A stretch of 64,000 nt of DNA from the human T2T-CHM13v2.0 reference genome, Homo sapiens. This document shows positions 27,285-40,565 of this stretch, in pieces. The stretch is from the NCBI RefSeq assembly GCF_009914755.1, contig NC_060925.1. The stretch is one strand, 5' to 3'. The first letter of the stretch is position 1. Each line of letters opens with the position of its first letter. The notes under the pieces were generated by a model. It was not told the origin of the DNA and searched no databases. It saw only the letters and a list, made by a program, of their open reading frames with translations. The translations under genes and the position numbers were made by a program.

Positions 27285-27725
27285 TCTGGAGGAAGGCATC
27301 AGAGACCAGGGCAGCAGCAGGGCTGGTTCCTTCTGGGGCTGTGAGAATCTGTCTCCACCCGAGCCTTCCCATTGTCTTTCCTCTGTGCGTGTCTGTGTCC
27401 AAAGTTCCCCTTTTGATGAGGACAGCCGTCCTATTGGATGAGGGCCCACCCCGATGGCCTCATTTTAACTTGATTACCTCTTTCAGGGCTCTATCTCCAA
27501 ATAAGGTCACAGTTCACGGGTAGTGGAGGTTAGGACTTCAGCATATTCATTTGGGGGTGCATAATTCAACCCATTGCACTTGTTGTTGGATTTAGGGGCC
27601 ACCCTGATCACCCAGGATGAGCTCCTTAGTCACATCTGCAAAGATCCTCTTCCAAATAAGGTGTCATTCTCAGGCACTTGCGTGAGGACGTTAGCATCTT
27701 TTGGAGGAAAAAAGTTCAGCCCCAA
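27285..27725 (-). mobile_element. MaLR LTR (MLT1-type) plus an adjacent second MLT1 fragment
   Basis: gcagggctggttccttctggggctgtgag...tatctccaaataaggtcaca...taggacttca...aattcaaccca; then ttggatttaggggccaccctgat...cacatctgcaaaga...tccaaataaggt. Confidence 0.75.
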
Positions 27726-28828
27726 AAGTACCCTCCCTTCCTTCTACTCCCCATTGTGTAAGCAAAACATAGCTCTTAGAGCAATGACCCCCACGCAACC
27801 CCAGAAGAGAGAAGCCTTAAAGAAACAGGCGTTCAGTAAGAGGTCCACAGCGTCCGCAGAGGGCAGGGGACTCTGCCGGATATGTCGGTATTGCCTGTGC
27901 ACCTCGCAGATTCCACCCCTACAAGAATGGAAGTTTCCGGAAGATTTCCATGATTGCTAATCGTTTATTTAACATCCTATTAGAGGAGGAGACAGGGAGC
28001 AAACAAGCTTGCTGCTGCGTTTGTAGCCAAGGTGTCTTGTAAACTTAGATTTTATTGTTAACTTTGGCTCCTGGGGAAACAAAATAGCACACAGACACTG
28101 ACACAGAATTCCAGGCAGAGCAGCTCGGCACAGCTGTTCCAGAGCCAGGCTGAATCCGCAGCTCACCCAGCCTGGAGCCCAGAGAAGCGGGTGTTGGGAG
28201 AGCGCCTACCTTCCTCTTGATCCCTCTCATTTTTACAAATTTTCAAGAAAAGCAACAACACAAGCCGCTGCCTCTGCCGAAGCTGTTGCGTGTGTGATTG
28301 ATTCCTGGAAGGCACACAGTGCCTACTGTTAACCCAGATATCAGGAACCTCTGCGGGGCTGCCCCTCTGCACCTAGCAAAGGCATTGTCCACCCCCAGGC
28401 CACCTTTCAGAAGCCAGAAGCCTGGGGAAAGGACCCGTGTTCCCAGGAGGAAAACACCAGCCATATCTGACCTTCCATGTTGAGCCACATCTGGGCCCTG
28501 CCTGGGCCAGCATTTCTTGAGCTGTGAGTGCAGCCTGGAGTTGGATACCCAGAGGGACTCAGAACAGACATCTCAAGCAATGCTCAGACCTGGCCCTTCC
28601 TGCACTTGGTGCTCCAGTGTTCTCATCCCCTGCTTGGCTGGATCAAACTCTGCCTGCAGCCCTTCTTTCCCCTAATCACAAAGTATGTCCCTGACCCTTT
28701 TGGGTATGTCCTCTTAGTCTCACTCGTAAACTCGACTCCTTGACTTAAAAGGAGATTGCAAATGTTTTCACCATAAGAACATTTGTTTTTTGTTTTGATT
28801 TTTTAATTTTATTTATTTTAGGTTTTAG

Positions 28829-29156
<328 letters not shown>

Positions 29157-31184
29157 TAAAGTAACTGAAGAGCTGACATTTGCTCAAACTCCTACAAGAT
29201 GTTGTCACTGCCGGGCAGACCCAGGCAGATCCTCAGCTCTTTGCCTTTCTAGTGGTCCCCAGAGACTTCAGAAAGGTGTGAACATTTTGCGTGACAGGTA
29301 AGAAAGTCAAGGGCTTTGGGGCTTCCTCAGCCTGCAGGAGTTAAGGGAACAGCTTGAGAAGGAGGGAGAAGCAGGTGGTTTAGGGCCTGTGACCCAAAAG
29401 CTTAGCTGGTAACATACAGGGTCCCCAACAGAGCTGGCTCATTCCAAAGCAGGCTGGTCCAGAAAGGCCTGGGACCTGGGCTCCAGCCTGCCTGAGACAA
29501 AGGCTAGAGAAGCACACAGGGCCGCCACTGTTTTCTGGCTGTTTCTGGAGAAAAGTTCAGGCCAAACTCAGCTCCTGAAAGAATTGCCCCTACCCTTCCG
29601 CCCCTGTCCTTCAGCTCAGGTGGGTCCTGGGAGGCTGGGAGCCCTCCTGGAGAGGGGCTGGGCGTCACCTGTAGCCCTCTTCTCCATGCTGCCCTTCCAT
29701 CGGACACCCCCTGGGTGGCCAGGAGGCCTCCCTTCCCGATAAAGGCAGCAGCCTTAGGGACAGAGTAGGGAGGCGGGAGCCTGTGCCCCACATGCAGGAG
29801 CCCCCTTTCTGAGTGCCAGCAGGATGTGCTCTTGGGGAGAGGCTGCATGGGGAGGTACAGGGCACACATTTCCTTAGGTCTCTGAATGTTCATACAGGGA
29901 ACAGCTTTCAGCCAGCCCCTCTTGCCCGAAGGGCCCCATGATGTGGGGATGGGGCACAGCCAAATTCTCCTTTCCCTTCCCTAGAAGAGACTGAGAAGGG
30001 AGCAGCTGGTGCTAGGACCTTCCCTCCAGTCTACTGTGCTGATGAGGCCAGACAGGTTCCAGAGGCCCTAATGCCACCATCCTTCTAAGACCTGGCATGG
30101 CTGAGGTGTCACATGTGCCCACCTGGGCAAGGCCATGCCTATGTGAAAGGGAAAGGGAGAAATTGTATGTGGCTGCTGGAGAGGGGACCTCCAAGCTACC
30201 CTGCCCTGTGGCTTTGCCCTCCCACCTTGGGCCCCCTCCCTCACATGGCCTGCCAGCTGTCCCTCAGTTCTCTGAGCCCCAGAGGCCCAACTTGGGCTCC
30301 TTCGGGGGCCCCCAGAATTGCACTCTGCCTACAGACAGCCTCTCAGTGCTGTAACTTACTGTCAATGAGAGTGTCCCTTGTGCCAGGCCCCACTGTGCCT
30401 GTGCAGGCAGGTGAGAGCGGCTTCACAGCAACGCAGGAGTGAGGGAGTGAGGGTGAACCCCTGGCCCTTCCGCGAGACCTGGGGTGAGTCACAGAGTCCA
30501 GAGCCTCAGTGGGCTCCTTAATACAATGGAGATGATCTTCCACACCAGGCCTCAGTCAGTTCTCCAGACCAGAGAGGTGAGAGAAGGCTTAGTAAGTTAC
30601 AGTCTGCTTCGAAAATTGGAGCTGTTTCTTTTCTTTCCCCTGACGCTCTTGGGAGATCCTTGGAGGAACTGCGTCTCCAAATAGACATCTTAGCTTGGAC
30701 TTCTGGCTATGGCCTCTTGGGGTCCAAATTCCCCACAAATGAATGAAAATAGGATTTCTGGACTCTTCTTTGCCCAGCAGGGCATTTCAGAATCTGTTTG
30801 GATTGAGAAAAATTAAGAAGCTGTTAAAATGCTTATTTTAGCCTCAAGAAAATTTTGTGGGATTTCCTGCCCCGCCTCCAACAAAGTGGGCAGCCCCCAC
30901 CCCAGACCCCCTTCTACTCTTAGAATTAGGGCTGGGAAGGTAGCAGAACCCCCAGGGCTTGGCTCAGGGTTTTCACGTGATTTTTAAAATGCAATGCCGC
31001 CTTCAGATGATCTGCATACCCAAGACGTCAGTGTCACGGGGAGCCGTGGGTCTGTGCTTCCCCAAGGCTGGATGGCCCCAAGAGTCATCACTTCCAAAGC
31101 CTGGGTTTAGAACCCAACAGAAGCAGGTCACAGGACAGCGAGAAGCTGCCCAACAGAATCTCATTCGCTTGTTCACCTGTTCAA

Positions 31185-31330
31185 CCATTCATTCATTCAT
31201 TCATTCATTCAGCTGACCAAAGTATCTCGTGTGCCCAGGGCTGTGCTGGGAGTGGGACCCTTCACAGGCAGCCAAATCAACTCAACCCCTGTCCTCACAT
31301 GGCATGCAGTCCAGTGGGGAGCAAGTCCAA
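31185..31330 (-). mobile_element. L2 3' end with (ATTC)n tail
   Basis: cattcattcattc...tgtgcccagggctgtgctggg...cccctgtcctca. Confidence 0.55.
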
Positions 31331-32149
31331 TTGCACAGCCGTCTTCCTGTCCTCAGAGGCCCGCCCTCCTTGTTCTGGAAGAATGGGATGTGGAACACAG
31401 ATCCTGCTCCGAGCGCGGGAAATCCCAGCGGGCCGGCCTTGGGAGGATTCGGTTCATCCTGACCCATCTCTGACCTGGTCCAGGACAGCCCACCCCTCCC
31501 CTTGTTCTCCTTGTGGGCAGGGATAGGAGAAGGCCACTGTGACTTGTGCTATTTCCCAGAGACCAGAGAAAATTCTGGCATTGTGAGCTGCCCACACGCC
31601 GTCGTCTGTGTCAGAGCCAGAAATAGAACGCAAAGAAGATTCTTGTTCTGATTTCTGTGCTCATAATTCTAGGGCAAGATGCCCTTATGAGATGTGGATC
31701 AAAGGAGGTGGGGGCGGGGGGAGCTGAATGGAGCGGTTCACGCGAGGTGTGTGCGTCGCGAGCAGGGCCCTTGCCGGAGCTCCAATTAGCGGCTTTTGTA
31801 AGCGATCACGTACCGAGTATTGACTTGGCTCAGCCCAGGAAAAGCGAGAGCGATTTGCAAAAGGCCCCTTCAATCATGACAATTAAAATCCAAATACAGA
31901 CCTGCCAGGGCCCTGAACCCATGCACTTGTTCTGTGTGGAGGAAGAGAGGCACCCGCTCAGATGCTCCTTCTTAGATGAAAGGAGTGCCTCAGCTGAGCC
32001 CCGGAATAGGAAGGGCCTGCCCTACTGAGCCTCCTGCCTCACTATTAACAGCGCTGCGTCCATACTGGGAGCCAGGTTCTGACAGCTGACTTGAATTAAA
32101 TCTCATAAGGCCCACAGGACACACGTCCTGGGAAGAAGGCATTCCTCTG

Positions 32150-32250
32150 ATCTTAAATCAGCAGAGGCAGAGGCCCCGAGAGGTTAAGTGACTTGCCTGA
32201 GGTCACACAGCCTGAAGGGGGTGGAGTCAGGATTCAAACCTAGGTTCCAG
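32150..32250 (-). mobile_element. MIR
   Basis: gaggc...agaggttaagtgacttgcctgaggtcacacagc...ggagtcaggattcaaacctagg. Confidence 0.75.
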
Positions 32251-33749
32251 GGATGGTGTGTTGACAGCCTGCACTCATCTGACTGTATCTCCTTCAGTCT
32301 TCTCCACCATCCCTTGGGCGTATGGTATTTTACAAAGTAGGAAGTGGAGACAGGGATTAAGGAGTCTGTCCAGGTCTGCCCATGAATGAATGTCAGGCCT
32401 CGTCACTGCAGGAGCTCGGACTGCACTGGATGGGGCTGGAGTGGCACCTGTGGGCGATGCTGAATATGATGCATGATCTGTCTTTCGGGTGTTCTTGGAA
32501 GGAAGGAGAAGGGCAGCACCCAAGAGGGGTCAGTGATGGTGGCAGGGCCAAGGCTCTCACCTTCCCCCGGACAAGGTTTCTAAGGCCCGGGAAGCATCTT
32601 CTGCTTCCGAGGCCCGAAACAGTGGCGTTTCCTCTTCCCCGAGCACTCAGCCTCCATCTGGCTTTCTGTCCACCGGCACAGATGGCAATGTTGTTTCTCG
32701 ACTCCTCCGTCCATCGCCTGCAAGCTGAGCCGCGTGATGGAGCTCAGCCTGCAGCAGCCGTCTTCACCTCAACTTCCCTGGGAGCCGTCCTGCTTTGCTT
32801 ACACGTATGAGCTCCGCGTGCTTGGCGACCCTTGCGGGTGATAGAGGGCCGGGTAGAGGGGCTTCTCTTCTACACCTGGGTGAGCTCCGCACCAGCGGCA
32901 GGAGCACACCCTTACAAAAGCCTGCCACAGCACGCAAGGCATGGTGGGACCAGGCCTCCTGGCTGCTAGAAGAAGACAAGAAAAGCATACTGGGCTGAAG
33001 TCACTTCAAAAGCTGGTCACAGCAGGTCTTTTCTTCCGTGACACTCACATAGGGGAGATGGGGAGAGAAGTCATCCCTGGAATTCCAGCCTGGAGCGTGT
33101 GGGAGGGAGGGTGCGATGTGCATCAGTGGGGTGAGAACGCCTATTGGGAGAGGGGACCAATTTGGGCCCCAGGTTTGGGACTCTCCTGGTTGAATGTCTC
33201 GCCCATCCAATTTTGCAGGAAAGGAGCCTGGTATGCAGGCTCAGCACCCACTGCACCGGGTGGGCAGCTTTATTCTGCCTGTGGCACTGGCCTAAGAGCT
33301 CAGAAAGGTTTAAAAAGATAAGACAGCCCACTGAATAGCCAGGGACATTCAGGAGGCTGCACACGGAGGTCTCTCCTCCCAGGCTGCCTGCTGTACAGTG
33401 GGCACCTCTGCCTGCTGTGTGAGGTGTGAGCTCCTCCCTGCTCTGCTGCTCCCTGAAGCCCTACCCTGGCTTGACACATGCAGTGCAGCCACCTGAGCCT
33501 CAGTAAGCCCCTCCACAAGCTGCCGCCTCCTCCGGGGTCCCATCTTCCTGAAAATGGGGCACAGCCCCTGTCACCCCTGCCTCTGGCCTCGGAGCTGGCT
33601 CCCCTTCCCTGTGTCACTGCAGCTCAGCCCTGGGGCCCGCCTCCTGAGGGTCTCCACGGTGATCTTCAGCCTTTGCCATTGCTGGTCAGATTGAGGGGAG
33701 CAGAGCTTAGAGGAAGAGGGTTGGCGCTGAGGTTCCTTAAGGCCCCAGA

Positions 33750-33908
33750 TCAGCTCCCTACTTGCTACAGTGGCAAGCTGCCTTACCTGCGCCTTACTTT
33801 CCTCATTTGGAAAACAGGGGTAAGAAAAATGCCAACCTCCCAGGGTTGTCAGGAGAAAAAGTTAATGTTTGTAAAGGGCTTGGGATGTGCCCTGGCACAT
33901 GGTAAAGG
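33750..33908 (+). mobile_element. MIR
   Basis: tttcctcatttggaaaacaggg...acctcccagggttgt...tgtaaagggctt...cctggcacatggtaaa. Confidence 0.65.
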
Positions 33909-33949
33909 CTGCAGAGGTGTCCCTGAGACCGTTGACAGAAATAGTTTTC

Positions 33950-34485
33950 ACATAGTTGCCCCATCAGTTCTCCTAAACCACAGCTCTGATGTTCCCCCTC
34001 GCCTGCTCAAGAACTGTCATTGGCTCCCCACTGCCTACCCCAAGAAAGTTCAAGCTCTCTCACCTCTTTTCCAGGCTGTGACCGCCTTCTCCCTTGGCCT
34101 CCTGTTGCCCGCTGTGCTGTGCGCAGCCCTCCCTTTCCCACGGTCTTGGCTCTGCCAGTCACATCTTACCCCCTCCCAGCTCACTCTGCTCCAAAAACAC
34201 CAGCCACAAGTACTTCCCCTCCCACACATCTTCCTCTAATCCTCTGTGGCCAGCGGTAATCTCTTCCTTCCTCAAATGTTCATGCTGCCTTCCTGGTTGT
34301 ATTTATATGTATAAATAACTGCAAAATAGGATTAAAAGTGAGGCCCTGACTCCCCAGTGAACCTGCAAGCTCCTTCAGGCCCGAGCCTTGATGTGCTTTT
34401 TGATTCTTTTTATCCTCTGTATAGCACACGGCAGAGCAATTTGCACACGTAGGGAGTTCAATATGTATTTATTGAATAAGCAAAT
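33950..34485 (+). mobile_element. L2 fragments
   Basis: ctgctcaagaac...tggctccccactgcc...gcaagctcctt...tcaatatgtatttattgaataag (L2 3' end pattern). Confidence 0.5.
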
Positions 34486-34814
34486 GAAAATTAAAGAATA
34501 AAGAAAAGGCCTTGTAGCTCAAACCCCTAGTTATCCCAGTGTATCTGTGGAGAACGTGCGGGGGCCGCTGGTAAACTTGGAGTGCACAGCTTGGGTGGGC
34601 TGGTTGGAAAGAGGGCTTCTACATGGACCTGCAGCCCTAGGACTCAGACATGGGTCTCCAGGGCTGACTACTGGGGGTGGATTGAGGCCTGAGAATTCTT
34701 CCCTGCGGGGGCTTATTTTCATGCCCAGGTCAAGCAAGGGCCCCGCTTAATCCAGCCATCATCTAGAGAAAAATGGTTGAATGAACTAGAGCAACTCTCT
34801 GAATGTACTGGAGT

Positions 34815-34962
34815 TGGCACACTTGCATTGGGCAAAGTGGGAATTATTACGCCTGTTTGCAGCATCGCGAGCAAAGTGGGATGCTGTGTGAGAGCGTCCT
34901 TTCCCTGCCTGCAGTTTACTATGGGGCTGTGGATGGGCACCCCTGGGATGGGAAGGTTCTCA
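34815..34962 (+). repeat. Left arm of a ~147-bp inverted duplication
   Basis: Reverse complement of 36913-37061 at about 87% identity (manual alignment). Confidence 0.92.
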
Positions 34963-35369
34963 CCAAACCCAGGCTGGGAGGAGGCTGGGGCAGAGCAGAG
35001 AGTCGGGAAAAAGCATGAGCCTGAGCCTGAGCCTGAGCCTGCCCCCTGGCTCTGCCGAGTCCCTGGACAAGCCCCCGTCACCACCCACCCCTCGGCCCCT
35101 CACCTCTCTCAGGGAAATGCCATAGCACTGATTACCCGGCAAGGATGGGGACCTGTGGGGTGAGATTTTTTTTTCTGGGGCTCGTGTTGGATTTCATGGT
35201 GCAGCAACAGGACGCAGTGCAAGTGCAAGCAGAGACGGGAGCCCCCCCGAGACGGAAGCCCCCCGAGATCTGCGAGCTCATCCTTTCCTTAGGCCTCTGC
35301 ATAGGCAGGGCCAGGGTGCCCAGGTCCCAGACTCCTGAGGCCCTTGTTGTGGGTTTTAAAGAAATTCTA

Positions 35370-35692
35370 GGCCAAGTGCAGTGGTTCACAGTTATAATCC
35401 CAGCACTTTAGGAGGCCTAGGTGGGAGAATCACTTTAGCCCAGGAATCAAGACTAGCCTGGGCAACAGAGTGAGACCCCGTTTTCTACAAAAATAATTAT
35501 TTAAAATATTAGCTGGATGTAGTGGTGCATGCACCTGTGGTCCCAGCTACTCGAGAGGCTGAGGCAGGTGGATCGCTTGAGCCCAGAAGATTGAGGCTGC
35601 CGTGAACCATGATTGCACTACTGCACTCCAGCCTGGGCGACAGAGCGAGACCCTCTTTCAAAAAAACCAAAACCAAAACCAAAACCAAAACC
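35370..35692 (+). mobile_element. Alu (AluJ-like) with a (CAAAAC)n tail
   Basis: AluJ features: agcccaggaa..caagactagcctgggcaaca, gaggctgccgtgaaccatgattgc. Confidence 0.9.
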
Positions 35693-35984
35693 AGCTGCCT
35701 TTTGCACCCATGGTTCCATGTGGATTTTGAAGAAGCCCAGAACTCAGTTTCACAAGAGCTGGTTAAACTCCAAAGGTGTGCAAAGCACCTGCCTGGGGGA
35801 AACAGCTTCCCAGGCTTGATTTTACCTGGTACTGAGTACAAATTTTACTCATTCCAAATGTTACACTTCTTGTCTTGCTAATGTTTCAGAAGAGTAATGG
35901 GACCCAAAGCCCAGGCGTCCTTCAAGCATGCAGCCCCCAGCCACATGGCAGGCCACGGCCATGCATGATGAGGCATGATCAACA

Positions 35985-36540
35985 CAACAGGGGCCCTGCT
36001 CTCATGGGGCTAGCAGGCCCACAAGGGTGATTGTCTGGAAATTCACTCAAATAAATGCGTAATTGTCAACCATGTTGAGCAGACTGAGTCAATACACAAG
36101 ATAGCATAAGAGTCTCTGCAAGAAGAATGTGGATTGACTGGGGAGTTAGCATGCGTGAGGGGCCTCTCTCTGAACAAGGGGAGGGTGATTAGGGGGTAGC
36201 TGGTCTGGAGCTAAGAGAGAGCACTCTAGGCGGGAGGGAAGCCAGCCCTAGGGCAGGAGTGGAGGTTGTTGGCGAGAGCCACTGGCAGGCAGATTTGGTG
36301 GGAAGGATTAGCACAGAGCAGAAGGGAAGAGTAAGGAGAGGGGGTGGGAGCCAGGGCAGGCCCCCCAGGCCATGGCAGCACCGCGGGGGTGTGCAGAGAC
36401 TAGGAGAAGCCGCTGGAGGGTTTGAGCTGGGAAGCAGGAAGATCTGAGCTCTGTTCTGGAAGGGTTCCCTGGGCTGCTGGATGTAGGAGAGGCTGTGGGA
36501 AGCGGGGAGCCCTGCTAGGGATTCCACTCCAGGGGGAAAT
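35985..36540 (-). mobile_element. L2 fragments (degraded)
   Basis: ccctgctctcatggggcta...ggcctctctctgaa...ctggagggtttgagctgggaag...gatctga...tccctgggctgctg. Confidence 0.45.
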
Positions 36541-36912
36541 GAAAGTGCCTAGGACATGCATGGACAAAATGTGGGCGGAGGCCACCACTTGACTTGGCTC
36601 TTCCATGAAGGGAGGCCCCATAGGAGCAGGAGAACTCAGAGGAGAGAACCGCTGGAAGACCTGGGGCCCTGGCAGCAGGGCAAGGTGACCACTTAGGAGG
36701 AGAAGGAGGTGGGAAGGGCGTGGGGGCACATCTGGGGGTTTGGACACCAAGTTCATGTTGGGAATTGAGATGTGGGGGAGGCAGGGCCACTGCTTCTCCT
36801 CTCTCCCGGGAGATTGCATTTTCCATGGGCACCGGAATTCTTGGTGAGACTCCTGGTACCTGGAGCTAAATGACGCAGAAAACTGGTGGATGTCCCACTC
36901 AAACACATGTGG

Positions 36913-37061
36913 GAGAGTCTTCTCGTCCTGGGGGTGCCCTTCCACAACCCCACAGTAAACTGCAGGCAGGGAAAGACGATCTCACACACAGCATCCCACT
37001 TTGCTCACAATGCTGCAAACCTGCGTAATAATTCCCACTTTGCCCAGTGCAAGTATCGGCA
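36913..37061 (-). repeat. Right arm of the ~147-bp inverted duplication
   Basis: Partner of 34815-34962. The ORF track shows the same peptide ALGKVGIIT(P/Q)VCSI(A/V)SKVGCCV on opposite strands. Confidence 0.92.
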
Positions 37062-38113
37062 GGCTTTGGGGTCTGCCGGCCTTGGAAAGTGGGTCCGTCC
37101 AAGCACAGACATCTCCCGTCTGTCGGCAGCAATGGTCATGCGACAGGCCTGGGAAGCCCACTGTTGGCAATGCATTTGGAATGCAGTCCACCCCCTACCC
37201 TCGTGTTAACTCCAGGTCTCCTTGCCACCTTCTGAGCTTTCTGGGGAAATAAGTCAAAAAGTTAATTTGATTTTGAACAGATTCTTAAATCAGTTCCCAA
37301 GAGGCAGAGATCAATTTGCATTTCATCTTTTCTTAGTCATCTTGGCTGGTATTTCACACGAGCTGTTGGTATTTTTCGTGTTCTCTCACTGCACAGAAAT
37401 GACCCTTGGAGCATATTTTTAAAAGGAGAAAAAACCATCTGAAGAGGGGGAGGAGGCAGCAGGTTCTGTTTTTGGTTGTTGTTTTTTTTTCTGTTTTCTT
37501 TTGTACTTGTGATTTCTGTTCTTCACCACACAGCATGGTTGTGGCGGCCCTCACTTCAACGTTGAATTGTGTTTGGTTCTTCTGCATCCCTCCTAAAGTC
37601 TGAGGTTCCTTCTTGTGCCTTTGGCATCAGAGTGTCTGATAAGGGGCAGAGCCCACCCCAGGCCTTACCCATCATCTACTGAGAGGGCTTCCGGGATGGC
37701 TTCCCACCATGGTGGCCACTCCCCGTCCAGCTCACGACACCTCTCATCTTGGAAGGAGAAAGGACCTGACGGGGTGTATCTAAAAGAATTTAAAGCGGAG
37801 TCTCAGAGAGATGTGCGCATACCCATGTTCACAGCAGCGTTATTTACAATATTCGAAGTCACACCTCCCAGGTGTCCATCTATGGATGAGCAGATAAACA
37901 AAATGTGGTCCATCCACACAATGAAATATCCCTCAGCCTTAAAACCAAAGGAAATTACAGCATATGATACAATGTGGCTGAACCTTGAGGACATTCTGCT
38001 AAGCGAAATAAACCGGCCACAAAAGGACAAACTCTGTCAGATTCTACTCATATGAGGTCCCTGGAGTCACCAAATGCATAGAGACAGAAAGTCAAATGGT
38101 GGGTGCCAGGGCC

Positions 38114-38321
38114 TGGGGGAGGGGGATGGGGAGTGAGTGTTGATGGGGACAGAGTGGGGGAGGGGGAGGGGGAGTGAGTGTTTGATGGGGACAGTGTGGG
38201 GGAGGGGGAGGGGGAGTGAGTGAGTGATGGGGACAGAGTGGGGGAGGGGGAGGGGGAGTGAGTGAGTGATGGGGACAGAGTGGGGGAGGGGGAGGGGGAG
38301 TGAGTGTTGATGGGGACAGAG
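38114..38321. repeat. G-rich minisatellite, 5 x 41-42 bp
   Basis: Unit TGGGGGAGGGGGAGGGGGAGTGAGTG(TT/AG)TGATGGGGACAGAG starts at 38114, 38155, 38197, 38239 and 38281. Confidence 0.95.
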
Positions 38322-38428
38322 TTTCAGTTTTGGGAAAATGAAAAAGTTCTGGAGTTGGAGGGTGGTGGTGATTTCCTGACAATGTAAATGTGCTTAATGC
38401 TGCCAAACTGTACGCTTAAAAAGTGGCT

Positions 38429-38739
<311 letters not shown>

Positions 38740-39137
38740 CTAAGATGGTCAATTTTATCTTATGTGCATTTTATCACAATTTAAAAATTTTAAAAAGAGA
38801 AAGGATCTGCCAGAATAAGCTTCCTGCAGGGTGGGGTCCAGGTGTCTTGCGTCTGGCACCCACCTTCATCCTCACGAAGACTTGGGGCCAAGGACACTTC
38901 CTGAATGTTGTGCAGCAGAGGAGCTGTCCGACTCTGCAACTACAAAGTCTCGTTGAAAGCCTGGGGGCCATGGCCACTCAAGGAGGACATGAGAGCAGGG
39001 AGGGGCTGGCAGGGCTGGGAGGTCTGCCTCACGCAGGGGTTGGGTGGATGAACAAACAGAAAACGGGAGCTAGGTTTCTCTCTGGGAGAAGGAGTGAGAG
39101 TGAGCCCAGGGTCTTGGCTAGATTTGGAGGTCATCCG

Positions 39138-39526
39138 AGTGTCCTGGAGCTGCCGCAAGGAAGGACCACAGACCAGGTGACCTAACCCAGTAGAAAGGCA
39201 TCCTCTCACAGGTCTGGAGCAGGAAGCCCAAATCAGAGTGTGTGCAGGGTCTTGCTCCCTCTGGAGGTTCCAGGGGAGGACCCTTCCCGGCCTCTTCCAG
39301 CTTCTGGGAGCTGCTGGCGTCCCTTGACTTGTGGCCACACCACTCTAATCTCTGCCTCTCTTTCCCTACGGCCCTGTGTGTGTCTGTGGGTCCTCTCTGT
39401 CTTACAAATATACCAGTCATGTGTGACCTCATCTTAATTCATTCTTGAAGTCCCTATTCCAAAAAACATCACATTCTGAGGTTCTGGGTAGACATGAACT
39501 TGGGGACACGTTTTTCATTCCAACAC
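39138..39526 (-). mobile_element. MaLR LTR (MLT1B/C-like)
   Basis: ctctcacaggtctggag...ctccctctggaggttccagggg...cctcttccagcttctgg...cacattctgaggttctgggtagacatgaac. Confidence 0.8.
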
Positions 39527-39527
39527 A

Positions 39528-40565
39528 GAGGTGTCAGTATAAACTCAGGGTTTCAAATGCGAGTGTTCATACATACATTTCTTGGCTCTCCAATTAAGAG
39601 GCGCTAGGCAGTGATGCTCCAGCAGAGATGGGCATACCCAGCACCCAGGCCTCAGTTTGCAGAATTTCTTGGAACCAGGGCTCATTGGGTAAATGGCTGA
39701 TTCCAGGACTGGGGCAGGGAGAGCAGGAGTCAAGTCTGGAATATCTTGTTCCAGAAAGTAAGAAAGTACTCACGGAATGATGGGCACCTGTCTAAAAGAC
39801 CCAGAGGCCAGCCCAAAGGGGCTCCCACTGGCCAAATCAGAGACAATTTCTGGTCTAACTCACATAATAAAGTGGAATCCCTGAGTGAATAAGACACGGA
39901 AAAGGACAATTCTTTATGGTAGAATGCCAGGTGATGCACGTGAAAGGAATGATGGAATTAGAACCATTGAAACCATCATAGTAATGATTAATTCAGGCAA
40001 GAGACATTAGTGAGTTTTAAAGAGTGGGTGAACGTTGGATGGCAAATGGGACATTCATCTCCAGTTATCTCCCATGAAATGCTGGCCACGCAAAGCCAGG
40101 GAGTGACTTTACCCTGAAGATCCTTTGCAGGCACCTCTGCCCCCTAGTGATCCAAGTCACCCCCTCTCCAGTAAAAGGACAGATCACCTCCTGCGCTGCC
40201 TGATTGGAGTCGCTGAGAACACAGTACGGCTTCGTGATTTTCTTTCCCCAAATTCATAACCTGATCTGTTCATGAGGAAATGTCAGGCAAATCAAAATTG
40301 AGGGACATTCTACAAAATGACTGGTCTGTAATCTTCAAAATGCCAAGGTCATGAAAGTCTAGGAAGGGCTGGGAAACTGTTCCCAATTGGAAGACGAGAG
40401 ACTCAAATGCAAGTTGGGAGCCTGAATGGGGTCTCTTTGCATGCTTGGGGCCCCTGGGGAATCAGGGTTGGGGGCTCTGGGGAAGGTCTAAGGGTGTCTT
40501 TGTCCTGTCCTTTCCTGTTTTCTCGAAGTTCGAAATTTTTTTTAACTATAGTGTAAAATAAATCA
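39528..40565 (+). mobile_element. L1MC/L1MD-type 3'UTR
   Basis: ggaaccagggctc...aaatggctgattccaggactggggcagg...ccagaaagtaag...aaattgagggacattctacaaaatgactgg...tcttcaaaa. Confidence 0.75.

Noticed and set aside
33478-34239. 253-aa ORF
   Set aside because: It runs through MIR and L2 fragments with no coding signature.
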